DNA from: Octopus vulgaris
Lineage: Eukaryota
Length of the DNA stretch: 64,000 bases
Direction: 5' to 3'
Assembly: GCA_951406725.2 (NCBI GenBank)
Contig: OX597830.1
Coordinates: 39,370,001 to 39,434,000, forward strand
The notes beneath the pieces are model-generated. The model was given only the letters and a program-made list of their open reading frames with translations. It made no database searches and was not told where the DNA came from. Of this stretch, positions 1 through 13,766 are shown piece by piece (within the stretch, counting starts at the first letter, position 1; every line of letters starts with the position of its first letter). Both the position numbers and the translations under genes were made by a program.

Positions 1-664
1 ATCCCTGTTGTGTAGTGCTGCTCTTTGAAATAAAGAAATGTTGGACAGTATAATTATTCTTGAAAGCAACTAGAATATTTCAGAGAAAGAGAAAAAGGAA
101 AGAAAGAAAAAGAACTAGATTTATTCTTACCCATGGTGGAACAGGCAGAATTCTATATGAAGTATTTTTACGTGTGTAGCGAAAGATGAAATTCTATATA
201 AATAATTTGAAAAAGAGAAATTCTATGAGATCAGGTTTGGTGTGTGCCGATATGCGTTATGTTCGTGTTAAATAAAGATTTTTAAAAATACTCTTAAAGT
301 GCAATGTTGAACTGTATCATTCAAATGTACATGGTATATATATATATATATATACATATATCCATAGAGATACAAACATATACATATACATAAAAGCAAT
401 ACATACATATAATTATGTGTGTGTGTGTACACATGTACATTAGACAAGGTATACATAATAGTTATGAGATATTCATTTACAATAGTTTCCGACAAACATT
501 ATAGGCTCCTTTCATTGATCGGTTTACTCAATCGTTCCATTGACTGATTGAGAAAAACTGAATGACCACAAATAATCAATCCACTTGCTCCTCATCAGAT
601 TTATAATATGTGTGTGTGTCTCTGTGTGTGTCTCTGTGTGTGTGTGTGTGTGTCTGCGTGTGTA

Positions 665-1033
<369 letters not shown>

Positions 1034-1054
1034 TGAGAGAGAGAGGGGGGAGAA

Positions 1055-2560
1055 ATCGAAAATGAAAAATAACAAAAGCCAAAAGGACGCACTCATGCAT
1101 GTATTAGGTTGATGCTCAGTGTAAGATGGGAAAAAGACTGGACATAACATCTCGAGCATTGCTCTTCGTCAGAAGGAGGAGTGAGGAAAGATCCGAAGAG
1201 AAGGAAAAGGTCTAAGAAAAACACGTTTGTGGTTACATGGCTGAAGTGACCATAACTCTGATTTGATGGAATTCCCTGGCCTTTCAACGATCTTAATTGA
1301 GTTTGGTCTCCTTCAGAGCTTTCCTAAATTTTCGGTCTAGTTCTCAATGAGCTGTGACCTCTACAAACATCACTCCTTGATATTTGTCGGCCTTGTACTA
1401 TGTTTTCATCCTGTTTGCTTTATCACAAACTCTTTGTATCCTATTCCAGGCTTTACGTCTGTATCTACAGCAGGCACCACTGGTTTCATTACATATAATG
1501 CTATCTAACTTCTTTCTAGCTCCCCTGTATACACGAATCCTATCTTTCTGATCACATCCAGAGAATTGCATGTGGTGCATGAAGTCCTCTACATGTTTCT
1601 TCGTTTCATAGGGTTCGCATAGTGGGGACATGTTATTCATTATCTTAACCAAGTCGGCTATCAGTTTGTTGAAGTTCATGTTGTGTGACAAAGCTGAGTT
1701 CTTGTAAACAACATATTTAGAATCTATAGATTTCATGTAATAGGAGTGGAGGAGCTGCATTCTTCTTCTACTACTAAGCACTGACCTGTCCGACCACCTA
1801 ATCTATATTCCTAAATTCTTCATTCCATACTATCACCCTCTCTCTGCCCCATCACATGTTGTTCACAGTCTGTAACCAAAATTCAGTATCAAGGACCGGG
1901 AGTCTATTATTAGGATGCTTAGTGGGGTAATCGTTAGTTACATTGATACTTTGGTGAATGGAGTTAGCTACATGCTGGATGCGCTCCATCATGCTCCTCT
2001 CAGTTTCTACACTACAGTTACTAGATTTTTTTTTATAACTAGAATATTAAAGCAAAACAGTTGTGGATTGTTCAGCTAAGGATTGCTTAAGTTTTCTGCC
2101 CCACCAGGTCATGAAGAGGCCAGCTATATCTCCAGCTACAATGACACCAATGGCTGCCCCATGAACCGGCATGTATAGTTTCCTGTTAAACTTTACTATG
2201 TGGTTCTTCTGCTAATCCCTATTACATGTGCATTCATTCTTTTCACCTGATTATTATTCTCAGGGTCCTGAGTGGGTATGGTCCATCCACGCCAGCGCTC
2301 TGCGGTGTTTTTCTTCACTGCCGAAGTGATGGTAGGTGGTCTTCCCCTCTGTGACCTGGTAGAGCAGAATCAACTAAGGTTATGGTTGTCTAGGTAGTCA
2401 CAGTCATAGCTTAGTTTAAAGAGGAGGCCCAATTCCCTCATGTGGTCGTAACACCAGTGAGAGGAAGTAGGATAGCCAATAATTACTGGAGATAATCGCT
2501 CCGCAAACTGGCTGGGTTGAGGGACGCCATAACAGTGTTTATGGTCTTTACGTAACCTGT
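1055..2560 (-). mobile_element. Degenerate Penelope-like retroelement (RT remnants plus 3' hammerhead remnant)
   Basis: Minus-strand ~2030-2208 translates KNHIVKFNRKLYMPVHGAAIGVIVAGDIAGLFMTWW (PLE-type RT motif B); ORF 1398-1781 resembles the thumb region; CTGACGA-a-gagc-aat-gctc-GAGAT-GTT at 1145-1172; stops and deletions throughout. Confidence 0.75.
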
Positions 2561-3269
2561 GTAGAGAGAGTAAGGTATTAGAGTGTAAAAAGATAGAAGG
2601 AATGGGGTGATAGAAGGAGAGAGGTATAATAATGTAAAAGGTAGTGTCAGTTAAGTAGTGATTGGGCAGAAAGAGGGTGGTAGTATGGAATAAAAAATTT
2701 ACGAATATAGATTAGGTGGTTGAACAGGTCAGTGCTTAGTGGTAGAAGAAAATATATATGTGAAGATGTATACATATGTATATATTAGATGTGTATATAT
2801 ATATATATTTATACAGATGTTTATACATATCAATACCTACATATACAACTTGTACTCATATGTATATGTACACATGCACACATATTTATTTAGCAGTGCT
2901 GGAGATTTGTGCTTTAATATGTGAAGTGCGTTCTTCAGTCAAAGTTTGCAGATTGAGCGTTGACCAATAACCTTATAAATCTACATCTAAACTTTTAATT
3001 CCTATCTATGATCCACGCCTGCGCTTATATGCCACGCCTACCCCTATATGTGTGTGTGTGTACATACATACATACATACATACAAACATCATACATACAT
3101 ACATACATACATACTAACAGAAAGGGAAAAGACAGCTCATATTCGTTTATATCATGCAAATGACCTCTGACCGGAAACGCGTTTTACTCTTTTAGTACGT
3201 GGCTTGAACTTTTCATTAAATTTCTTTCCTCCGACTCTTGGTATTTCTTTCAACTTCATTTGAGTCTCA

Positions 3270-3784
3270 TCTATATATATAAAACTGTAGTTGTGTGAGT
3301 GTCTGTCCCCTTCGATTTAGATTCCTAACTACTCCCACATTTTGCGGTGCAGTTTAATCAAATTCGGGCATCTTATAGTCGTGATTCATATCGAGCCCGT
3401 CTAGCTATTAGCGCGCGTCTACGATGAGTCTACGATTTTAAAAATAATTTAACATTATTTTTTATTCCATTTTAATGCATAATTTTTCGTGTGTCGATGG
3501 CGGCGGAGTTGGCGTCCATGCTCACATCTGCACCTGTTTGCTTCTCCTCGTGAAGCTGTGGGGAAGGGAGTGTAAGGAAATCAACGTCGTAAAGCGTTGT
3601 CAAGGAGACCAGCGTTCTTTTAGAACAACGACTTCATGGCTTGAAGACACTGAGTCAACGATTTAAAAAAAAATTACCATAATTTTTTATTCCATTTTTA
3701 ATGCATTTTTTTGCTATAACTCTCTAAAAATGCTTATATAGTTATTTCCCTTACAAACCCGAGCAACGCCGGGCGATGCTCTAG
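3270..3784 (+). mobile_element. Non-autonomous Helitron
   Basis: A|TCTATATATATAAAA 5' end, subterminal hairpin cccgagc-aac-gccggg (3758-3773), CTAG|T 3' end, no TSD; internal direct repeat at ~3426-3480 and ~3652-3705. Confidence 0.8.
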
Positions 3785-4094
3785 TACCTTATAAAATTTA
3801 AATGGTAAGGGAAATTTATTGCAGCATATTTCTAAATGATTAGTTAATCGGATCTGGCTTACACCCGGTTCCCTAGTTTGCTGCCGGTGTAGTCAAGTTC
3901 CTTCTAGTAATTGATTTCCAGTCTAGCCAACATATATTTCGTCACAATTCAAGCCTTTAATCATTAAATCAGATTTTTGCTTTTACTTGTTAACATTTAC
4001 CTTTGTAAAACCGGAACACAAATATTTCCATTTGTAAATATTTGTATTCCGGTCTTTATACAGATATAATGATCAGCAATCCAATGGGAAGATA

Positions 4095-4252
4095 TAAGTA
4101 GATTAAATTGACGCCAGTATTCAACTGGTACTTATCTTACTGACCCCAGCAGGATGAAAGACAATATCGACCTCGGCGGAATTTGAACTCAGAACGCAAA
4201 GACCGACGAAATGTCGCCAAGCATTTATCCAGCGTGCCAGTTCACTGCCTTA
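4095..4252 (-). mobile_element. SINE family A (tRNA-headed), decayed copy
   Basis: Reverse complement of core gttctgagttcaaattccgccgaggtcga...tttcatcct...taagtaccagtt seen throughout the window. Confidence 0.85.
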
Positions 4253-4844
4253 TCAGCATGTGTAAATTAACATTGTCATTGCACATACTTTGAAATTTTT
4301 ATCACTGTTGTTATGATCAAGCTTTGTCAACAGTTGTTTCAAGTTTTTCGCTTGACGTTTCCTTTGAAGCAGGCTTTGGTTATTACATCCTATTTTACAT
4401 TGTCTGATGAATACAAATTTGATTTAGTAACTTTTAAAATTATATACTAATTATGTGGATAGTGTTTCAATAAAGCTTATACCCAGTCTTTCTTAGATTA
4501 CTGGAAGGTGTTCTATAGCAATTCATTTTAAATGTTCGATTCTATTCTGTATAAAAAGTAGTAAATATTTTTTTCAAAGTAGAAATCCTTTTATTTCTGC
4601 ACGCTATTCATTAACGATGTTTACATCATCAACGACGGTACCAATTTTCCTGACTGCATAGTGCGGAATGTTACGTTTTGTATGTGTTGAGTTTCATGAT
4701 TCAAATTAAAACATTAATGTGCACCATTGCTTCTATAAATATATAAACGTTGTGATATTGGTATCATTTTTAATTATGTTGAGAATTGATTATTCTGTAA
4801 TGCTCTTCTCACTCGCAATTCACAGTTTGGTGCTTAGAGCCATA

Positions 4845-4934
<90 letters not shown>

Positions 4935-4990
4935 CATTATTATTATTATTATTATCATCATTATCATCATCATCATCATCATCATTATTA

Positions 4991-5350
4991 TCTCTATATA
5001 TATAAACGGCAAAAAGTCTGTCTGTGTGTGCGTGTGCGTGTCCTTTATACAAATCCACAATTTTTCAGTTAGAGGGTTCGCACTTTCTATGGTCATTCAA
5101 AGCCGTCCATGAGTGGTCGTGCACATCTTTACATTTCCCCAGTCACCACGCAAAGCCATGAAAAAAATCAATAGAAGTGACTTTTTTGTTAATTTTCTAT
5201 CCAAAACCCAATCAAAATGCCCGAAACGTGATACGCCAATTGAATGCCAGCTAGCTGTACGTGATTGGTCGAAGGTTTGGACAGTACTCGCAAATATGTG
5301 CGCACGCATGCAGCTGTATATGCATGCATTAGCACTATGATTAGTGCTAG
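4991..5350 (+). mobile_element. Non-autonomous Helitron, second family, inserted in (ATT)n
   Basis: attatta|TCTCTATATATATAAA start and ...tagtgCTAG|ttattatt end; terminal inverted repeat tagcacta/tagtgcta; microsatellite continues on both sides. Confidence 0.65.
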
Positions 5351-5386
5351 TTATTATTATTATTATCATTATTATTATTACTATTG

Positions 5387-5815
5387 GGGGCCGTGAACTG
5401 GCAGAATAGTTAGCGCGCTGGCCGAAATGCTTAGCGGTATTTCGCTCGTCCCTACGTTCTGAGTTCAAATGCCGCTGAGGTCGATTTTGCCATTTATCCT
5501 TTCGGGTTCGATAAATTAAGTACCAGTGAAACACTGAGGTTGACGTAATCGACTTATCTCCTCCCAAAAAATTGCTGCCCTTGTGGCAAAATTTGAACCC
5601 ATTATTATTATTAATGCAGCGCAATGGTAGAATCGTTAGTACGCTGGACAAAATGCTTAGCGGCATTTCGTCCGCCTTTACATTCTGAATTCAAAATCCA
5701 CAGAGGCCGATTTTTCCCGTCATCCTTTCGGAGTCGATAAAATAAGTACCAATCGAGTACTAGGGTCGATGTCTCGACTGAACCTCGCCAAGCCTTTTGT
5801 CAATCGTAGGAACGA
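5387..5815 (+). mobile_element. Two head-to-tail SINE family A copies
   Basis: A-box-like tggcagaatagttag, B-box-like gagttcaaat, core tcctttcggggtcgataaa.taagtacca (resembles the Nin/Deu SINE domain), ATT tails. Confidence 0.9.
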
Positions 5816-5878
5816 TTATTATTATTATTATCGTTATTATTATTATAATTATTATTAATGTCTAAAAAAAAAAAAAGG

Positions 5879-5935
<57 letters not shown>

Positions 5936-6559
5936 GAATGAGAATTATTACGAAACCAGACAAAAATACTCCATAGCATTTCGTATACCTTTACGTTTTC
6001 AGGTCAACTTTCCCTTTAAAATGTATAATGTATAATATATATTATGCATATGTAACGTGTGTGTTTGTGTTTTTGTGTGACTATGCACGCTTTTATGGTT
6101 ATATGTACATATATATATGTTTGATATATATATATATATATATATATATGAATACATATATACATATATATATGAATATATATATGTACATATATATGTA
6201 TGTATGTATATATATATATATATATATATATGTACATATATATGTATATATGTATATATATACATATATATGTATATATATACATACATATATGTATATA
6301 TATATACAAATATATATGTGTGTGTGTATATGTGTAGATTTTTCTTTGGAGGCACCGGCTGACATTGGTACCAGAAACGCCTTAAGCAATGTTAAAGCTT
6401 TGTATTCAAAAATAATTAACCGATGGTAGTCAATTTGTTTGCTGATCAAAAGTTTTCTCCATTTCCTGCTTATTTTATCAATATATATATATATATATAT
6501 ATACATATATATGTATATATGTATGTATATATGTATATATATATATTCACATATATATG

Positions 6560-6617
<58 letters not shown>

Positions 6618-7142
6618 TGCATATATATACGTACATATATATGTATGTGTGTATATATATATATACATATTATGCACACATATACATACATACATAGCAT
6701 TGGGTACATATATGACGTGTGCAAATGTGCAGGTATATCTATGTAACCGTTCCACTTTTTACAATAACAAACTGTTTCGTCTATGTTAATTAAAAACCCG
6801 AGTACTGTGTTTTATAATTCGGAGAAACTATTTCAACAACGATAATTACATTTCGTATATATCTTTTGCCTCATCTTAATCATTATATTATATCATGTGA
6901 TATCAATTTCCTTCAGCTTGCTATATTTCCACATATATATTATTGACTATTTTCTTCGTTCTTTATGTGGGCATTTCACATTTGATGCCTAACTAAAGTT
7001 GGTTCAAATTTAGTATTATACAGTGCTCGTTTCATGCTCATGCACAAGCGCAAGTACATTAAACAGACACATACACACATATGCTTAAGTTGGTAGGTGG
7101 ATGAAAATACAGAAAGCGTAATTATGAGTGTGTGTGTGTGTG

Positions 7143-7177
<35 letters not shown>

Positions 7178-7413
7178 CTGTTTCTGTGTGTGTTTGTGTG
7201 TGAGTGTGTGAGTCTTTACACTCTCCATATTTCTTCTCAATTACAATAGGGATAAGCTACTTAGAATGAAAGAGACAGGAATAAGGAATATAAGCAAATT
7301 TAGGTATTACAAAAGCAAATAAATTTAGGAATCTGGTTAAAGGTGGTGCTCCAGCATAGCCGCAGTGAAAATACGGAAACAAGTAAAAGAATAAAAGAAT
7401 ATATATATATATA

Positions 7414-7810
7414 TTTATTCTTTTACTTGTTTCCGTCTTTTCACTGCGGCTATGCTGGAGCACCGCCTTTAGTCGAACAAATCGACCCTAGGATTTATTC
7501 TTTGTAAACCTAGTATTTATTCTATCCGTCTGTTTTGCTGAACTGCTATGTTACGGGAACGTTAACACACCAAATCGGTTGTCAAGTGATAATGGGAGAC
7601 AAACACGGACACACAAACATATATATATATATACATATATACATACATACGACGAACTTCTTTCAGTTTCCGTCTACCAAATCCACTCACAAAGCTTTGC
7701 TCGGCCCGAAGCTAGAGTTGAAGATACTTGCCTAAGGTACCACACAGTGGGACTGAACCTGAAATCATGTGGTTGGGAAGCAAATTACTCACCACACAGC
7801 TACTTCACAT
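7414..7810 (-). mobile_element. SINE family B (internal microsatellite, aaaagagt tail)
   Basis: Matches the reverse complement of the full copy at 51618-52033. Confidence 0.9.
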
Positions 7811-8649
7811 ATATTTTTGCCTCCCACGCAGTTTCTGTCTACCAAAATTACTCGCAAGACGTTGGTTTGGTTTGAAATAAAGAGCTTGATTAGCTTAATA
7901 ATCTCGGGCAAAGCCGGACTATACTGCTAATTGATGCAAAAAAAAACGACGCTTTCCATGACGTATATCTTTCCATGATGAATATCGGCAAAAAATGAAC
8001 GCTTTGATGAAAAACACCGGCGCTTTAAAGATAAAACTTATTCTGAATTATTTTTTCCGTTCTTCTTGCAATTCCTTATGTGCAACGTCCTAAACATACT
8101 GAACCAACGTTGTGGTAATTCGGCCAACATAAAGACAAAACACGAGACTGTACAAGCAACATAAATTTCATGATGGGTTATAACAGTCCAGATAGTACCA
8201 GACCCAACACAAAATAATTTAAAGAATGTAAAATCTTTAGAAATCTTTAATTTTCAGGAAAATTGTTAAAACCCCGATTAGAATTAAATGAAGAAGAGAA
8301 AATTGGCAAAATAGGTATGATTCAAATTGAACCGGAAGAAACCGCGAGTGTGGTTAAGTTCATCACATACTTCTGAGTTGCTACGCAACAGAGACGTAGA
8401 CAGAAAACAGAAAGACGAAATGATATCAATCTGAATGGGATTTGTTTAGACAAGAAATAGCAGTGATTAAATCATAATAACAAATAAACATGATGGATGA
8501 AAGTAATTATTACTATAAAACAAAAAAGGAGAGAGAAAACACAAAACTGTGTGCTACACAAATACCAAAGTAATTTTCCGACAAAAGTAAGAGCAAAAAG
8601 AGATTGTTTGACAAGCGGTTCTCCAGGTAGAACCAGGTACATATACGTA

Positions 8650-8727
<78 letters not shown>

Positions 8728-10192
8728 TGTGTTTGTGCGATGATCATTGTTTTATACAAACTTGAAATAAAACTGGTATTTTGAAGAATACCAACAGTAA
8801 AGCAAATATAACCAAGGAGAGTTCGACAGAGCTTCTCACGGAAAGTTTAAAGGTATTTGCAATCCACAAACAAAGAGGAAAATAGTTCCAATAAATTAAG
8901 TTTACTGAAGTTTTCATAAAATATAGACTCTGCAGAGGAACATAGATTTGGTCTATAAAACAACTAGTGGAAGCAATAGACCTATTTCGATATTCTCTTC
9001 CTTAGGGCAAATTTCATCCGTTGGGCAAGAATATGAGAGCAAAATAGTTACAGTAGTGCAAGGGAGGTAATCACGCTCGTCCTGAATATGAACAGCACCA
9101 CTGAATTATTCCGCATACAAAATACAAATATGACAGGGTTTCATATGCATGATTAATAAATGAAATAAAATATTTGATTAACGTAGATAATCTACGCTAT
9201 TAATTGACAAAATCTTCCTTTAATAGCTTTTTAAGAACTTCTAAACAGCAAGTGTCCCTACCTTCCCTCAGTTTCAATTTTATCACTCTTGTTCTTGTTA
9301 GCTGATTGCCATATTCTAAGCTGAAGACGTCTAATACTAATAATACCAAAACAGACGATAAATTCACTAGCTGGCTTTTGTAGAACAAATACACTTCCAT
9401 CTGCATAGCCTGCACTTTCCAAACTTCTCAGCGAACAAATATTTACGGAAATAGTTTCTTTGCATGTTGATTTCCATTTTAGATTTTAATCACTCCTCAA
9501 CCAATAATTTGTCTACTAATTACGTGGGTAATATTAAGTTAATCTAAGTCTTTCATTCCCATAGGTGAAACTTTATAGGATTTTTTTTTTTAATATGTAC
9601 AACGTTCCTCTGAGATATTTTTTCGATAGCTATATTGTTATTATTTAACGAATTTGTAAGTAGATATTGATTACAACACTGAAATTCTAGCATTGCAAAA
9701 CACTTACTTTACTTTTAAAGACCTCCGACTCAGTTTTATGAACAACTGTTGCAAAAGATTGATTTCCATTGCTAAAACAGAGAGTAGCTGAATATACTAG
9801 TTGGAATTATTCTTAAACTGAAAATAGATTCTCACTTATCTCTTTGCAATAACACCAATTCTGATCTCGGATAAAGAGAAAATGCAGATATATATCCAAT
9901 ATAATTAGTTATATCACTCATTTAATTTCGAATCTCTTCTTTTAGCTACCCACAATGTTACTGGATGAATTGCACCAGTCACAAATTCAAAGATGAAATT
10001 CATTGTTCATTCAAGAAAGACTATCTTATACTACGACAGATATATTTTGATAAAGAAAACATTCTTAAGTTTTTGCTTTGTTTTGTTTTTTGTCTGTTTG
10101 TTGGTTTCGTTTCGTCTTTTTTTTATATTTCGCTATTTGCATGGGTTTTCAGATTAGTGAAATCGTTGAGATATATATTCTTAATATTAATA

Positions 10193-11325
10193 AGCGGCGA
10201 GCTGGCAGAATCCTTAGCACGACGGGCGAAACGCTTAGTGGCATTTCGTCAGCCGCTACGTTCTGAGTTCAAATTCCGCCGAGGTCGACTTTGCCTTTCA
10301 TCCTTTCGGGATCGATTAAATAAGTACCAGTTACGCACTGGGTCGATATAATCGACTTAATCCGTTTGTCTGTCCTTGTTTGTCCCTTCTGTGTTTAGCC
10401 CCTTGTAGGTAGTCAAGAAATATATATATTCTTAATATTAATATATTATGTGCTAATAAGGCGACGAGCTGGCAGAAACGTTAGCACGCCGGGCGAAATG
10501 CGCAGCCGTATTTCGTCTGGCGTTACGTTCTTGTTTGTCCTCTCTGTGCTTAGCCCCTTGTGGGTAGTAAAGAAATAGGTATTTCGTCTGCCGTTACGTT
10601 CTGAGTTCGAATTCATGTCGAGGTCGACTTTTCCTTTCGAGTCCGATAAATTAAGTACCAGTTTCGTACCGAGGTCGATCTAATCGACTGCCCCCTCCAC
10701 CGAAATTTCAGGCCTTATGCCTAAAGTAGAAAAAAATATATTACGTGGCGTCTAGAGGCGGTGATTTGTCAGAATCGTTAGCACGCCGAGCAAAATGTTT
10801 AGTGGTATTTGGCTCATCTTTATGTTCTGAGTTCAAATTCCTCCGAGTTCGACTTTGCCTTTCATCCTCTCGGAGTCGATAAAATAAGTGCCTGTTGAAC
10901 ACTAGAATCGATGTAATCGACTTACCCCTCGCCTACGAACTTGCAGGCATTGTATCAAAATTTGAAACTAATATATTATCTGACTTTTAGCGTGGCGAGC
11001 TGGTACCCTTCGTTAGCATACCCGGCAAAATGCGTAGCGGCATTTCATCCATTTTTGCATTCTGAATTCAAATACTGCCAGGGTCAACTTTGCATTTCAT
11101 CTTTTCAGGTCGATAAAATAAGTACCAGTTGAACACTTGGGTCGATTTAATCGACTTAGTCTCTCCACAAAGTTGCTGGCCTTGTGCCTAAAGTTGAAAC
11201 CAGTATTAATATATTAAAAATGCACAATATACAATGTATCCTATCTCAATATTAAACAATATAGAATATGTACCAGTTGAGCACTGGGGTCGAAATTGCT
11301 GGCCTTGTGCCAAAATTTGAAATCA
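10193..11325 (+). mobile_element. Array of four SINE family A copies plus a tail stub
   Basis: Heads ggcg.cgagctggcagaa at ~10193, ~10459, ~10756 and ~10990, each followed by the conserved core. Confidence 0.9.
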
Positions 11326-11331
11326 ATACTC

Positions 11332-11495
11332 TTTTCTACTCTAGGCACAAGGGCTGAAATTTTTGAGGAGGGGGCCAGTCGATTAGATTGACACAGTACG
11401 CATCTAGTACTTAATTTATCGACCCCGAAAGGATGAAAGGCAAAGTCGACCTCGGCGAAATTTGAACTCAGAACATAAAGACAGACGAAATATTT
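11332..11495 (-). mobile_element. SINE family A, 3' part, inverted relative to the adjacent array
   Basis: tttctactctaggcacaagg...gaccccgaaaggatgaaaggcaaagtcgacctcggcg. Confidence 0.9.
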
Positions 11496-11674
11496 GAAAC
11501 CAATATTTCCATACATCTTCGGAGGACTCAATAGGCATTAACAAGTGGCATACTAAAAAGAATTAGGTTCAACTGTTAACGCTGAATCTATACTAAAAGT
11601 CGTTATTCTTAGAAAGTCTTACTCTTAGAAAGCATACAATATTCTGAAAGAAACACTTTTGCATTTTCAAGCAA

Positions 11675-12101
11675 ATCGTCGGCTCCAACTCGTATCCGAG
11701 CATTGGGTTCGGCAGTTTCCATTCAGTCTCCGCGGTTGATGTCTGTGCTGAAAGCTACTTTGGAGACCAAGTCGGTGATGAAAGAGTCGTGGGCAGAATT
11801 CGCATGGGATGGTCGGTGCAGGTCGAAGATGTTGAAGAAGCTCCTTTCTTCTCCCGCGTTTTGCCTCCTCATTCCATTGTTTCTTCTACTTGAAGGAGCT
11901 GGCTCCAATTCGGATAGCAGTCCTCCGGGCTGTCCGATCCATGGCAAACTGTTCCCATGAGGATGGTTGAATGTTAGCTTGAGCCAAGGTCCGTTTGAGC
12001 TGGTCTTTAAAACGGAATTTTGGATCTTCTCCGGGTCTTGTTCCGATTGTAAGTTCTCCGTAGAGCCTGATCCTTGGGAGACGAGAGGGTCCCACGTACA
12101 C
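11675..12101 (-). mobile_element. RTE-clade LINE 3' fragment
   Basis: RLPRIRLYGELTIGTRPGEDPKFRFKDQLKRTL...WEQFAMDRTARRTAI, then past one stop CEFCPRLFHHRLGLQSS: typical RTE ORF C-terminus with a decayed C2H2-like motif. Confidence 0.85.
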
Positions 12102-13439
12102 AAGCAAATATATTACCCCAAAAAATAATTCTTTAAAACCCTCTCAATTTTCTTCTAATAATTTTCTTCTAAAACCGTTATAATAATGTTATGTTTAGCA
12201 TGTATGTGGATACATAAACTCTTTGCATTGTTGTCAAAGTGCCTAAGATCATATAAATATAAAAATATGAAACAAGTATCAAAACTAAAGAAAAAATTTT
12301 AAATATATATGAGAGGAAAATTAAAAAAGAAATGAATATGTTTTGGGTACATATGTTTCTTTATTCATACCGCTATAAAACACCTTAACGCATTATATCA
12401 TTTCTGTTTTTCGCTCTATAAAAAAACACCGAATCTTTAAAGCTGCCTTTATTATCTTACTTAAACTTTTCTCTGAAGAAACCTTGTCACGTTCACTTAA
12501 AACACATCCAGTCAAGCAACACCTCCCTCCTTTATTTTTTACCTCTTTCTCCACTACATCAAAATTCTACTAATGCCAATCCTTGTTACTCTGTTTTTAT
12601 TTCCTTACGTAATCTTCAGTAATTTTTAAAATCATTTTGCTTTAGTTTATAGCTTCATTGTTTTTAAAATCAATTTCGTTTTCAATCTATGTTTTATTTC
12701 ATTTTTTATGCATTTTACCACGTTCTTAAAATTTATGTTTTTAAATATATGATTTGTTATCACATATTTTTGCTACATATTTTATATACATATATATATA
12801 TATATTAGATAAAGAAAAAAAAACATTTTTATCACCTATAACGCATTTTAACATCCATCGGTTTTTACTATTTCTTCTTTATGCCTCAACCATTCACTTC
12901 AATTCATTGTTCTAGCACCTGCGTAGAATATCATTCTGCCATTCCTTTTTATTCTTTTGTCTTATTTTCTCGTTATATTTTGTTCTTTTTTGATATGCAT
13001 CTTTCGAAGAAGTCTTACATCCGACCGGATTTTAGTTATTAATTCAACATATGTCCTTGTGAGAGAATGTAAGTGTGCATGCATATATGAACGTATGTAA
13101 AAATAACGTGTCAAAGCGTAAGATAAATGAGTGCGCAAAGCATCCTTTCCGTCATTGTATTTGTTCAGATTTTATTTTTGTATGTTCTTATGTCCTCTAA
13201 CGACGAAGCAAAAACCAATCATTCACATAAAAAATACAAGAGTATGTTTCATCACCACTACTATGACTACCATGTTTTTATAGAAGAAGCTGTATATCTT
13301 ACTGGTTGTACTCGCTTCAAAATTCTCTGTCGTCGGAAACAATAAACAGGATAAAAACTCTACAAGTCATAGTGAACATTGCTTTTCTTTTTTGTCTCTA
13401 TTTTCGCGCAATTTTTTCTACAATAACGGGCATAAACAC

Positions 13440-13481
<42 letters not shown>

Positions 13482-13482
<1 letters not shown>

Positions 13483-13698
13483 TTTATTTAAAGCAGCAGA
13501 AAATTCAACAAAACCTGTTACTCTGAGTTTCACGTTCCCGTTCGTCGGAAGCAAAAACTGTCCCGACGAACGGGAAGGTGAAACTCAGAGTAACATGTTT
13601 TGTTGAATTTTCTGCTGCTTTAAATAAAGCATATTACTCTACCACTGGTATTTCAGTACTCTTTTTTCCACCTTGTTTCAGATTTATGTGTTTACTCC

Positions 13699-13700
<2 letters not shown>
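13482..13700. mobile_element. Head-to-head Penelope-like terminal fragments (palindrome) between (TA)n tracts
   Basis: 13482-13548 is the reverse complement of 13563-13629; each arm carries CCGACGA-stemII-GAAAC-tcaga-GTA; homologous to 40838-40915. Confidence 0.8.

Positions 13701-13766
<66 letters not shown>

Noticed and set aside
12470-12515. Further hammerhead/PLE remnants (also ~6342-6385, ~8605-8630, ~48845-48870)
   Set aside because: Only half-motifs or heavily mutated cores; compatible with PLE ends but too degenerate to call.
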